Positions 29,501 to 42,600 of a stretch of DNA of 64,000 nucleotides are shown here, in pieces. This stretch comes from Tubiluchus corallicola (taxonomy: Eukaryota > Animalia > Priapulida), in contig JAQGDQ010001006.1 in assembly GCA_030141605.1 (NCBI GenBank), forward strand, positions 7,131-71,130, in the 5' to 3' direction. A program made the translations under genes and the position numbers. The notes below the pieces were generated by a model. That model was not told where the DNA came from and searched no databases. It saw only the letters and a program-made list of their open reading frames with translations. The stretch's first letter is position 1, and every line of letters starts with the position of its first letter.

Positions 29501-32419
29501 TAGCTCTTAACAACAGCTCAAACCACTGGTACAGTGACAATGGCGACGACCTTTTCATCAAGCACGTTCTGTTGGCCTCTATGACACGAGCCACAATGGT
29601 CATTATTAGCAAACTACCAATAAAAGAATACCACACCTGTAAAATATAATATCATCATCAAATTGTCAAATGCAGATTAAGTCTAAAGTAGGTGTTGGGC
29701 AGCCAGAAATTCTAATACAGTCAAACCTCCTTATACCGCCCACTTTGGGATGGGGCGCAAATTGGCGTTATGACGAGTTTGGCGTTATAACGAGATGCGT
29801 TATATTTTGCCACAGACGAGTCACATCAGTCAGACAGCAGGACACGAATTAGAGGCTCAATTTTCACTCTAAAAGGTAATGAATTTAAAGAAAATTATAG
29901 TAATTAATCATTATTGACATTTTGTTTACATAATAAACGTGTCTTGCATTCAATTATAAACATCTAATTGGCTGTAGGCCTACTGCTCCGCTAAACAATA
30001 ACCATATATATGTAAAAAATGTTAAGTTTCGACTACAAGTTTCTTGCCGGGATTTGTTTAGGATGATTCTTAGGAAACGAGCAAATATCACGGCAAATAT
30101 CATTTATGTGGCGAAAAAGAACCACACGTTTTCTTGTCAGTTGCTGTTATGATTGCGTGGCACATTGACAATAATATCAGAGGAATCAGTCACTTTACAT
30201 TGTGAATGTACGATGTACAGTACGGCTTGAAAACAATGAGAACATGATAACATGCATTATTTTGTACAACACGTGACGTCTAGTCAGAGTAAATTACCCA
30301 GCCGAGCGTATAGCTGCTATAATATCAAGACCACTGGCGTGGTTGGCAGTTTTTTCCCCATTAAGCAAATTTGCCGGGCTGGTGGCAGGTAAGAAGTGGC
30401 AGCATAACAGGTTATCTTTATATACAGTTTAATGCAGCCGTTTTGTATAGCTGCTATAATATCAAGACCACTGGCGTGGTTGGCAGTTTTTTCCCCATTA
30501 AGCAAATTTGCCGGGCTGGTGGCAGGTAAGAAGTGGCGGCATAACAGGTTATCTTTATATACAGTTTAATGCAGCCGTTTTGTTGTGTTTTGTGGGTGGT
30601 TGGGTTTTTTTTGTTTGGGGTGGTGGGGTGGTGGGGTAACAGGTTATCTTTATATACAGTTTAATACAGCCGTTTTGTTTCTGCCCATTTTTGGTTAGAC
30701 AAGTTTAGCGGTACAGTATAACGAGGTTTGACTGTATAAAAGAATTTGGTAAACACAGGTAAACTGGTAAACACAGCAGTTGGATTTAATCCAGCAAAAA
30801 CAATGCTGTTATACTACACGCTGTTACATACCAGTAGCTTGTCAGCACCACTTACGATATATATATATATATATAACAGGACTAACAAATGAATAGTTAC
30901 ACATTGAACATATTCTTTGAAGAATTAGACATTGTATATCAAGATATTCTTTAAAAAGTTGACATTCTGCACCTAACTACATGTAGTAAATGCCTACATT
31001 GCCTGATGTACAAAATACCTGAAGTAGTCTTTCAGTTACATGAAAATGAACTTGCAAAATTCGTAAAATATTACCTGTGACGAAAACGGAGCAATGAACG
31101 CACGATAATTTAACGTTTGTACTGGTCGCTTTATCATAAATGTACCACGTGAATCACAGTATGGAACTGTGAAATCTGCAACTTCTAACCTTTCATGTAA
31201 CACGGTGAACGTACCGATAGCAAGTTCAACTTCCTGAAAAATGAAATCACAGAAACATTATTTCAATTTCAAAGTAGCCAAAATAGCCAACACTCTTGCA
31301 TTGATTCTTACACACAGAGATTCTCATATCTGCGATAACCATGCTGAAATGTCTTTCAAATATCATGCGTGGACAGATCTGTGGCTTCAAGCAGATGTAG
31401 TAATATTATAAGCAAGCAAAGATTGCCTAGTGCTGGGAATTACTACTGCATGAAGTAGCATCGCATAGCATAGCTCACAATTTTGTCCAGCACTTCAAAA
31501 CCAAAACTTAAACAGCATAGCATTTTGATATGTTGCATCTGGTGAGCAATGATGACGTTTGTCACCGCATCTAAAAAAGGTTTTCTAGATACATTCTTTA
31601 ACTTCTTTATTTTTAATTAAATGAACTCTTAAATGAAATGAAATAAATATACACCAGTCCCACTCAAACTCAGTCATCAACATGTCTTCTGAAAGTTAGC
31701 TATAAACCTTAACTGATAAGTATGTGAAGCTTTCATTAAATGGTTGGAAAAATAATCTAAGCTTCTGTTCTTTCATACTTTCGTACTCTTAATTGTGGTA
31801 TAGATCAATTACTTATTAAACTACCTTTCTAGAAATCATTCCCATCATCCCACTCCAAGAGCCATTTGCTTGTTTAGAACCGTACTTTCCATCCACACTG
31901 GGTATCAAATCATACCTTAAAAATGTAAAAAAACAAGAAGGAAACGTGACTTTGAAAAAATGAAACAACGAGCGTACATCAAACAGTGGAACAGTAATAT
32001 GTATTTTCAATGATGATGCTGATATAAGAGGCAATACGTTAAGGTTATTTGCTGTTAGAATTATACTGACGCTTGGCTGTTAATGATGAAACGGATAAGC
32101 TATGAATAGATCACTCAAGTTTGTTCACACCAAAGCTGCTCTTATATTTACTAATGACTTATATTATGACTGGGCTCGGTATAGGCACGATCAGATTGTG
32201 GATTAAAGTGATATTTTACCATTTGTTTAAATGTTAATTTTGTTTACAATCATCTGATTCTTATAGTCAAAATCTCAATAATTGTAAACTAGTATAAAAT
32301 TGATTTCCGATATGAATTAAAGGACTTATCTGTTTGGTGCTTGTCACAGTAAGCAACATAGATTACAAAAATGAAAGTTGAGAAAAGCAACCAGGGAGAA
32401 AAGTGAGAGAGATATAGAG

Positions 32420-32480
<61 letters not shown>

Positions 32481-35400
32481 AATGAAATATACATACGTGA
32501 AATTAAACATGTCTGCCAAACCATTGAGAATATTGATGATCAGTCCGGAATGATTTGTGCCAGCTTCTGAATTTCCAGGAAGAAGATATGATGCAGACTA
32601 AAACGGCAAAAACAAAATAGCTACATAACTGCAAAAGTATAGAAGAGTAACTAATGTAAGTACATAATTCATTTACATAGGTATTATGCATACACTTCAA
32701 AGAGCATGAAAAACACTCGCCGTAATCAAAAGCTGTACAGCTTAGATGACGATAGCTTTATAATAAAAAAATAGGTCTTATACAGTGTTAAATAAAAAAC
32801 TTTACGAACAGCAAGCCGTTTAATACAAAAGGATGCATCTGGCTGTAACAATAATAGAAAAAAAGCAGCGCGTCGTGACCAGAAGGTGACAGAATCATGT
32901 CAGTCCATGAATGATTCATTTATGATGAGATGATAATCACGATAACAATGATGAAGATGGAAAAGATGGCAATGACAAGAGCAAATAATCGTACAGTAAT
33001 CATTTGTTATCAATTATAATTTATTTATTTAGGGTGCTTAGCTAATTAATTTCGTATCACATTTAAAATCGCCCAAAAATTTAAGATTGTAAAATTGTGT
33101 AAACATACTTGATTGATCATTGCTCCAACTCTAATGTTTCTTCCATTTAATTTATACTTTGTCATTGGAAATAAATATTCTTCCTTCACGAGACCTTTTT
33201 CCTGGAAAACAGATAGACATTAATAGGTTTGCAGGCTAATGGTTTGCGAAATACTTGTAGACCTATTTGAGCAAGTTACATAAAAGCTTGAATTAATACC
33301 AAAAAATTATATATGAAGTCTAAAAAATTGAAATTGAAAAAACCCAAACTCGTTTCCTTAAAGTTAAATCATTCAGACCTTATTGGGTAGCATCAATTTC
33401 TGAAGTGTATTTCTGATGCCACGTGGGGTCTCAGATGCTGACACTGTCGTGATGGTGTAAAGGTTAATATCTTTGCTCTGCAAAGTCAGAAGAAAATATT
33501 TATGCAACATAAGATGAAATTAAAGCTGAATAAGACATGAAACGTGGAATGCCGTTGTCTCTCATGACAAGTTAGTAAACAGTTATAGGCAGACCCATTT
33601 AAAGTAAAGGCATAAATCACAACTCACGATATGTCACTTCATCACAAGCTTTAGCATGATTGCTAACTTGTGAATATTGCTATGATCTAATGTGAAATTC
33701 ATCCAGTTCTAATGAGAAAATTTTTCATGCTTTTATAAAACGAAATTTACGAAATTGAGCTTACCTATTGTTTTAGTTATTAGTGTAAGATTTTCATTAA
33801 TTGCTATAATTCTACTGTTTCTCCTTAAATGTAGTTTATCAGAGTTTTAAAATAATACAATGTTCTACAGAATAAATGTGTTGAAAATTGTAATTGCAAT
33901 TCTAAAACTTTTTGCGTACTAAACTTTGTCATAATTATGACATAACATAAGATAATATAACATAATTTTAATATTTAACTATTGTAAATACCGTTTACCA
34001 AAATTATTATTATTATTGTATGGCGATTATACCCCATGTGCAGGGTTCTGTCTGTGTAGTTTTCCACTGTAATGTGTTGCATTGTTTGTATAATGAATTT
34101 TGTAATGAATAGTAAAATCGTCAATAATTATCTATCTAAATAAATTACTATCTATAGCAGTTTTCTTAGAGAGTTAGAGATTTGGTCGCATATATTGTCA
34201 GAGAGGAACTCGCAGTAACTTTTGCTTTGAGTGTGAATCAGCTTGCAAGTTTCTTTTTGGCGAGTTACTTACAAGTTTCATAACGAGAAGTATGTACCAA
34301 CCTTATTAAATGAAGAATGTGGTGGACTAATAATGAGCGCATGCGTAAATGCTGGAATGACGTCAGTAAGAGCTTGAGGCTTATCTTCTAATAGAAATAT
34401 CCATCGATTGACGAAATCAAATCTATTGGAAGACGTTACCTGCAAAAAGTTTGGAGTGTTTGTCATAAATGCACAATGATAACACTTCTAAACCGTTAAG
34501 CAACGCGTGCCATCTTATGACAAAATATATGAACAGCCTACCGTTACTTTCATTACTGAATCATTTATTTAAGAAATATTATTATTATTAATATCAATAT
34601 TATTTTACATCGAACAAACGTTACATAAGTAGTTCATAAAAAAGTGTTAGCAGGCAAGATTATCACACGATTGGTAATAAAAACAACATGACATAGTAAA
34701 AAAATTAATGGGCCTAGTATTTTTGCTAAAATATTTAAGTAGCACAATTTCTTTCAAATTAACGTATTACAATATAATTTAGAATTGATTAAAATGGCGT
34801 TCTTTGGACAATACAACGATAATTTCAAATATTTTATTGGCCTCGAATATTTTATTCGAACTGAAATTCCAATTTATAATCTGCTCTAGATCTTTGCATA
34901 GAAATTTTTGTAAGGGAATCAGACTAATTCTGAAACATTGGATGACTCATTCTTAAAGTTTATTGGTTTTGATCAGTATGGAAATTTATAAAAAGCATAT
35001 CGTATTTATGCCAGAGGTAGAACATGGAGGCAATTTACAAAATCTGCAAACCCTTTGGAAAGAAATACTTACCACTTCCACAAGACTGGAGGAACTTAGT
35101 GAGTTTCCAAAGACCACAAAGTTGTTAATATTCTGCTTTTTAGAGACGAAGAGTTGCCACATTGCCTTAAGGTTGTCATTTATCAATGTTACAGTCATGA
35201 CTTTGGTATTATTAAAAATATAATATGTAAAATCCTCAAAGCAGTTAGGTCTACCTATAATAAAAAGAATAACTATACATTGCAGAACAGTAAGCAAATT
35301 CACTATACATAACTTCGGGCTGGCCTGATCATCTGACATGAAGCCTACAGAGGCCTCTTATTATCATTAATAAAAACAAATTTAAGCTCATTAGCGACAA

Positions 35401-38400
35401 ATTATGATAGTAACGAGATGAAGGCATTTCATTTGTGTTAACTGAAAGTAAATAATATTGTATTTATGGACCGATCACGATTTTTTTAAATTACAAATAT
35501 TGAGTAACAAAGAGGTAACAAGGTATATACGTTTGATAATCTTTGACAATGACGTTGCCCTTCAATTCTAGATTCTACCTTGCAGTGCTTAAATGTACAT
35601 AACAGTCATCATCATCATCGCATCATCTTCATAAACATCATCATCATTACCATCATCATCATCATCATCATCCTCATCGTTATCATCATCATCATCATCA
35701 TTTTTTACTGTACCTTTCTTTGAGTGGCCACTGACATTATTTGGGATTATTTAGATAGAAAAGAACATTTCATGAACCAACAATATATTACCTCTGTGAT
35801 TTAGGACAATAATTCCAGCAGACTGCCATTGCAATACCTTGAGGCATTCTCCAAGAGCTGATAGTCGTTTCTCCATGTCGCAATGGATACTTTTCGTAAC
35901 TCCATTGTTTACTAAAATTAATGAGCAGAGAGGGTTATCTATGTTGTGTGTTTTGTATGAACACTAACAGATAGTGCAGTGGATGAAAGTTCATGCTGGG
36001 ATAGCAAGATGACGAGTTTGGTGTAAAATGCTTAATTAATAAAGACATTTTTTGTCTGAATTTATGTGTCATCTTCTAGCTTTCTATATCTGTTTAATGG
36101 CCACTTAGTAATCTATAACAAATGTTTTCGTCTTCCACCCCGAGCGCACGTTTGCACATAGAGAAACAATACTCAAATGGGGAGGGGGATACTTTGCTTT
36201 CAGGGTAGAAACTTCAAATCTAAGTGGAAGAATTTTAGCTAGAGGAGAAACTCCAGACTGGGAGAAAATGGCTAGATTTTTCCCATGCCACTTCTCTTCT
36301 CCATAAATTTCTTCTCCGCAATGAAGACTGCTACAGGTTGTTATTTCTGCCGTTCTCATAAACTTGAATAATTATTAATAAGTGTGATCTGCCACCTATG
36401 GACATAGTATTTAACAGTATAGTCACAACATGAAATTCTCAGTAAAGGTTTATTGAACTAACCTAGTGATGCGGTGAAACCAAACTTATCAGGGATTAAT
36501 CGAAATTCTAACTTGAACCACAATTATTTTGCACATACTTTTTTGGGTTATTTGCATCTACATACGTAAGTATATGGGTTATAGGTTCAGATAGTACATG
36601 AATAGCTTTCTTAACTATGTTTTGTAAAATCAAGTCTAAATCTTGTGTACTTTTATTTTTAAGGCATCAAATAATTGTTTTATTTTCTTCTTCATTAACT
36701 GTTGACAGAGAAAACGAATTTTTCCTCTAAACTTAGTAAACCACTAAAATAATTTATGGATTTTGTTTGCTAACTTAGTACCCACGTTTCTAAAGAAATT
36801 GTTAAAGCTTTTTGGTATTTCATAAGGATCACGTATGCTTTGGCAACCCTTAATTTTTTCAGAGGAGGCATCTTTTATTGAGATTGTCTGTTGATAACTA
36901 AGTTAATAACATTCAAAGTATGTTTTTATACTTTCACATTCATAGCTCTTTTTTCTGTGTAATAGTGTCTTTCAGCTTTTTTTAAAATGGTTGTCAGTTT
37001 ATTTTTCTTATACTTTGCAGTATTTTGTTCTGTTTCATTTATAATTATATTTTCGTATAGTTTGTTTTATGCCTGATTGAATTGATCAGACCAGTGGCAG
37101 CTTGTTGTCAAACTCGTTTAAATATTTATATATTTTGCTTTTGTAACAAAATAAAGATGTTTAATCTTTGAAATTTTTAGCATTTTAAATATAGGATATG
37201 GTGCACAAATCATTATTTTTACAACTTTTTTAGCGATTTTTCTATTTTATTACATTTGGATTTCCACAAGAGTATTTCATAATTAATATGACAGCTAACA
37301 AGACTAGCATACATTTTCATATTGGCTGAAAGAGGCAATAAATGCTTTAGCCTGTTAACTATTCCAAATGCATTAGAAATCTTTTTATTTATGAGCAGAC
37401 CAAGACATGTTCATCCACGACTATGTCCAGAAATTTAAATGACGTATTCTGTTCTGTTTCAGAATCACTAACTTTATTTATAAGGTGTCAACTTATTTAT
37501 AGAATGAAAAATCATATATTTTGTTTTAATTACGTTGAAAGATAATTTGTTTTCTGATAGCCATAAAGTTTGTTAACTTTTTGCAATTTTTCATTTATCT
37601 AATCACGTAACTGCTTGTCATCACAGTTAACATTTAAGTTATGTAATACTGAAGTTGTAAGAATTAAAGTATCATCTGCATATAATACATATTTAAACTA
37701 TTCTGAAGCAATTCCTTATCATTTAAATAAAAAATAAACAAAAAATGGACCTAAAATGGGTCCTTGTGAGACATTTATATTTAGCGAGAGAAAATCAGGT
37801 GGATGTTCATCATATATGTTATATTTGTACTTCTTTATTATTTTAAACACGAAATGGGCTTCGTTTATCTAATAAGAAACAAGTTTAATCTATCATGCCT
37901 CGCGGCCATAAACCGAACAACAACTTATAACCATCCGCACTACTATGGTATTCATACGCAGTATTATCAATACATGACAATATACAATATATTGCTTACA
38001 ATTTCGTAAGTAATTTTGTAACAGTGTTACTGCATGGTCATTTAAATCAGAATTTTGTAATTTGTAAAGAAGAACTTCATGATCTAACGTGTCAAAAGCC
38101 TTGTTTAAATCTAGAAATATCACATCAATAATCATAATTTGTCAGAAATAATATCCTTAGTTAGTACTTAATGGCCATGATAATAACAAATATAGTCACA
38201 CATTATTAATTATTAAGAGTTGTTTCAGTGTAGAACAAACTGCCTTCTTTATAATACTAAAAATAGCCTTGTTTTGCTAAATGACCTATTAATCCGACAG
38301 GTAAACATCTTAGGAGTAAGCAATACATGCATATAACTGAACATAACTTACTTTCTTTTAAGGCTGCTAATCCATTAATCATAGTTACAACCAACAGTGT

Positions 38401-38424
38401 GAAACATGTAAGGGAATACATCAT
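26537..38424 (-). CDS. Ionotropic receptor (IR, variant iGluR) paralog A, 646 aa, 13 exons: 38424-38352, 35911-35792, 35254-35073, 34439-34302, 33477-33379, 33201-33109, 32597-32497, 31915-31825, 31233-31075, 29636-29489, 29248-29028, 28310-28039, 26780-26537
   Basis: Signal peptide MMYSLTCFTLLVVTMINGLAA; short N-terminus with no full ATD; S1 [39 protein letters not shown]; PFSSQVW then M1; M3 AAVYTGNLVAFL; S2 [16 protein letters not shown]; M4 [20 protein letters not shown]. All exons GT-AG, in phase, no stops found. Confidence 0.92.
27102..27821. mobile_element. Non-autonomous TGT...ACA DNA transposon with 5-bp TSD (Ginger2/TDD-like)
   Basis: 38-bp TIR TGTTGGGAGCCAAGTGGACCACTGAGCCAAGTAGACCA (3 mismatches to the other end); ACAAC duplicated on both sides. 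Confidence 0.8.
28484..28856 (-). mobile_element. Solo LTR, copy 3, in IR-A intron 11
   Basis: Reverse complement of the 19520 copy; flanks CAAAT/CAAAC; the matching intron of IR-B (~40545-40585) shows the empty site. Confidence 0.87.
29718..30734. mobile_element. pogo/Tigger-like MITE with an internal 137-bp tandem duplication (~30308-30582)
   Basis: TA|CAGTCAAACCTCCTTATAC ... GTATAACGAGGTTTGACTG|TA; absent from the matching IR-B intron. Confidence 0.82.
36540..38150 (-). mobile_element. Decayed CR1/L2-group LINE (RT region) in IR-A intron 1
   Basis: IFLDLNKAFDTLDHEVLLYKL (38135-38060), VSQGPILGP (~37770-37745) and YADDT (~37685-37670) on the - strand, with many stops and frameshifts. Boundaries approximate. 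Confidence 0.75.
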
Positions 38425-38679
38425 CACTGATTACATACAATTTATTGACAACTTCATACAGCTATACATTCATCTGTGTCAACACTGATACAAAAACTCA
38501 GAGAAATGCAAGCTGATCGTGACTTCATTCATGCCGTCATTCATCTGTTTGATGTTTAACGACAATGCACTTTTATATTTATAATTGAGATCGCCTACCT
38601 GCACCAATGATTCCTGAGTGTAGACATCTCTCGTGTTCCTGTGAGATTGATTTCACTTTGAGCAGTAGCAATGTAAACA

Positions 38680-38885
38680 GCCGTGCTTTGTCTGTGTTTG
38701 TTTAGTGATTAAAGTTAAGCAACGTCGACCCTGATGGGTAATTGGGCAGGTAACAGTCGAGTTCAATGATCGTTCTAGGTGGGGGTTTCGTTTGCCTCAT
38801 TGAGTGAGAGCTTTTTCACATCCATATGTAAAGTCAGTTGTCAGATACCTGTGACAGTCTAGTGTCTTACCTTAGAGGTATTCTT
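38680..38885 (+). mobile_element. Degenerate 5S-rRNA-derived SINE upstream of IR-A; counterpart at ~48315-48495 upstream of IR-B
   Basis: AAGTTAAGCAACGTCGACCCTGATGGGTAATTGGGCAGGTAAC resembles the 5S internal control region. The B copy keeps a tRNA A-box-like GGCCGAGAGGTTA in front of it. Confidence 0.5.
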
Positions 38886-39688
38886 GATGAATTTATTACT
38901 GACATTAACAATGAGTAGACTCTGTCATAGCATGCAGCTACCAGCTTTCACAGTGCCATGCTACGAAGTTCCCGAAACTGATCTGTTATTTCACAACTAG
39001 ACTTGCAAGAATGTTCACCAGTAAAACGGGTAAACTTATTTCCTCAAACAGCTTTTCCGAGAAACGTTTCTCGCCAGATAGTGGTACTTCTCAAAAAAAA
39101 GTCTTCCCAGAAATCGTTTTTCCCAGAATTACCATTTTACAGAATAATTTTTTCCTAGAACCGTCATTTCATAGAAAGTAAAACAACCAGATAAAGTTGT
39201 GATTTTCTAAAGCATTACATTATGCAATAGAAAAAACATAACTAAAATAGTATCATTATAATGCGTCTACGTGTATTGATTGATATGGATCACATGATAA
39301 GAAATTTGGTCTACTCGCTAATGCAAAAAGCTAGTTTTGTGACGTCAGAGTGACTAGGTAGCCAAATATATTGAACATTGAGTACTAGGCCTTAACAGTA
39401 CTGAATTACTAATCTAATTATTGATTTATTGTTGTTATGGCTACCCCATGCTGCTGCTACTGACCAAAGATGAAATAGTTTTGTTTCGATCTAGATGAAA
39501 CTTGGCAGTGTGTTAAACTGAGAAAAGAAATACAGTGGTAAAATAAGAACACAGATTTTATTTGTTCATCATAAAGTGAGCAATTTAGCTACCAAAGTTA
39601 AGCAACTCATAAGAAAACGTTAGTAGAACTGCTTATTACTGTTAGTTTATCTAAACTTAGCTAAACTTTAATTCAAATTATATGAAAA

Positions 39689-42600
39689 TCAATTGAATTT
39701 CAAGTGATTGTACGCAGACTTACATAAATCACATACAGATGAATATATGTATTCAATGTAAAATACAATGAACGAAATTACAACCCCAGAAATATAAAGA
39801 ACAAAGACTCCCACAATGTCTGCCATTCTAAATGATCTGTAAACGCTGCTGGCTTCTTTGTCACATTTTATTCTCGGTTCTGCTTCTAATATCCATTTGT
39901 TCATGTAACCAGATACAATCATTCTGTGAATTCTGAAGTGAAATAAAAAAGATTAACCAATTTTCATGGATTTTTCTTAGATGTATGCGATATGAAATAC
40001 CTTTTACATTTGAAAGATAAAGATATTGTGTTATCTTGACCTGAAGATATTAATTATGCAAATTGTTTTTTTTAAATCAAATACTATGAGATAAAATCCT
40101 ATTAGTTTTTTTAGACTGAGACATACCCTTTATTAAAAAGTTCCAAATACGGACTATTCTTTTGCATAGGAAAAGCATACTGTTGAACAAAGAAGTTATC
40201 TTCTGCGATATATACAGAGCATTTTCCAGTTCTGTAAAAGTCTTGAACCATTTCTGTTCGCAAACTCTCATAGCCTGCTATCCACGCATAATTGTTTTCT
40301 TTAACTTTGTGAAGAGCTTCGGAGGTATACTCATAATGTCTGTTAGGATTTTCAATAAATTTCCTCCATATTTCTCTTTGAATGCGAGTCTGTCCATTCT
40401 GAAGAAAGTTTAAAAAACATTTTAGTTTGAACATAATGAGGCAAGATTTAAAAATATGTAATTGTTTAGCGTTACATAGATTTTCAATGTTTTTTATGTA
40501 ACTGTGCTAATGAAGACCCAATCAGTGACCTGGCCTGCAACGTTTGTGGTAAACCTTTGATTCGTCACTGAATAGCTTTTACAAACAAAATTTAATCAAA
40601 CAAAAGTTGCTAAAATGACGGGTAAGTTAAGCAGTTTTCTTGTTGCACTGAGAACTCATAAAAGCAGAGCCACATATAAGTACCTTGAAGTACGTTTCCC
40701 AGCTAGCTTTGTGCCTGAATATTGGTTTAATGGTATTCTGTGCACTCAGTTCTTGAACGGTTCTTACTGGAAATTTCAAAGGAGCTGGCAAAGTTAAGAA
40801 TGCAACCAGATTTCCTGAATAAACTGCAGCTAATATAACCACATACACCAACCAAGAACCAATCAGAACGCGGCACGTTGTACTCCTTGGTTCTTTTGTC
40901 AAGCCTGCAAATGTAATGAAGTTTCCAAGTACTGTAAAAGAATAGCTGAATCTACCATTTGCTTCATCTTCTGTTAATGATCATGATAACTGATTAGTGT
41001 TGGCCATAGCTATTTCTATCGCAAATGATTTAATGAGAGAAAGAGAAGTGAGAAGGGAACTGAGGCAAAGCAAATTCATGGGTTATAAAGTTAATGAGTG
41101 GAGAGCAATTGTCTTACTATAAGACTTAAGTAACCAGGTGGTTCTTCTTTTATTTTTTCATATAGATCTTTGTTTGAAATTTTCTTTGGCCATCTAATAC
41201 CCAAAATGTTTCCCAAGTACTATAAAAGAATTGCTGGATCTACCGTTTTCTTAATGTTCTTCTAAAAATCATAGTCAATGATCACACTCGACCATCACTA
41301 TCTGTATCATTGGTGAGAAGTAAGAAACGGAAGAGGTAAGGCAAGTTCACGAGCTGGGGAGGAGAAACTGATCTGTTATAAACATTAAGTAGCCAGTAGT
41401 ATTGTACGTACTTTGCATGGAAGCAGCTCGTAATAACATTTCAAACCAGTGTGACAGTGACAATGGAGATGACCTTTTCTTCAAACACGTTCTGCTAGCC
41501 TCTATGATGCGAGCCACAATGGTCATTATTAATAAACTACCAATAAAAGAATACCACACCTGTAAAAAAATTAACGAAATTAATAAATAATCTCAAGACA
41601 GGTAAACACAACAAAAAACTATACACTGCTATAGCAGTGGACTGTCAACACCACTTCCAGTATAGATATAATACAACTAGACAAATGTACAACCATACAT
41701 GAAACACTCTCTTTCAGACATTATGAATAAATACATTCTTTTTTAAAAGTTGATATTCTGCACTTAGCTACATGTAGCACATGCTTGCATATCTAAAGTA
41801 ACCGCCCACTTACATGAAAGTGAACTTACCGAATTCGTAAAAAGTTACCTGTGACGAGAATGGAGCAATGAAAGCGCGAAGATTTAACGTTTGTACTGGT
41901 CGCTTTATCATAAATGTACCACGTGAATCGCTGTACGAAACTGTGAAATCTGCAACTTCTAATCTTTCATGTAACACCGTGAAAGTACCAACACCAAATT
42001 CAACTTCCTGAAAAATGAAATTACAGAAACTGGGTTTTGAATTTAAATTAACTAAAACAGCTAACACTGTGGTATTGATTCTTACATCCTAAGATTCTGC
42101 TGTCAGGGATAACCACAGGCAGAAAAAGGTATTTTTCAGATCTGTGGTTTCGAACAGATGCAATGCAATTATAAGCAAAGAAGGATTACCCGCTGTGAGA
42201 ATTATTGATGCTCGAAGAAACATTGCATACCGTAGCTCACAGTTTAACTGGTCCGTAACAACAGAAACATTAAGCAGCATCACGTTTTGACAATTATGTT
42301 GTATTTAGGTGGGTGAGCAAATAAACCGCAAGCAAAATTTGTGCATTTAAAAGAAAATTTTCAACTCTTTTCACTTCATTATTTTTAGTTAAGGATCCTT
42401 ATAAATGTGCAACATACAATCTCACTCAGACTCAGACACCAACACGTCGTCTTAAAAGTTGGTAAAAAATAACATATTAGCTGACAAGTATGTAAACGTT
42501 TTATTATACAAATTAATCAGAAATGGATAAAAACTTATCTGAATTTCTGTAGTAGCACATTTGACTTTGATACTTTAAATTCTAATTGTGTAGTAGGTCA

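Noticed and set aside
38700-38765. Possible 5S rRNA gene
   Set aside because: Only a short, highly degenerate control-region match, so it was treated as SINE-derived.
40905-41346. ~300-bp tandem duplication in IR-B intron 10
   Set aside because: Real but old and non-coding; the second copy carries no exon, so no alternative exon is implied.
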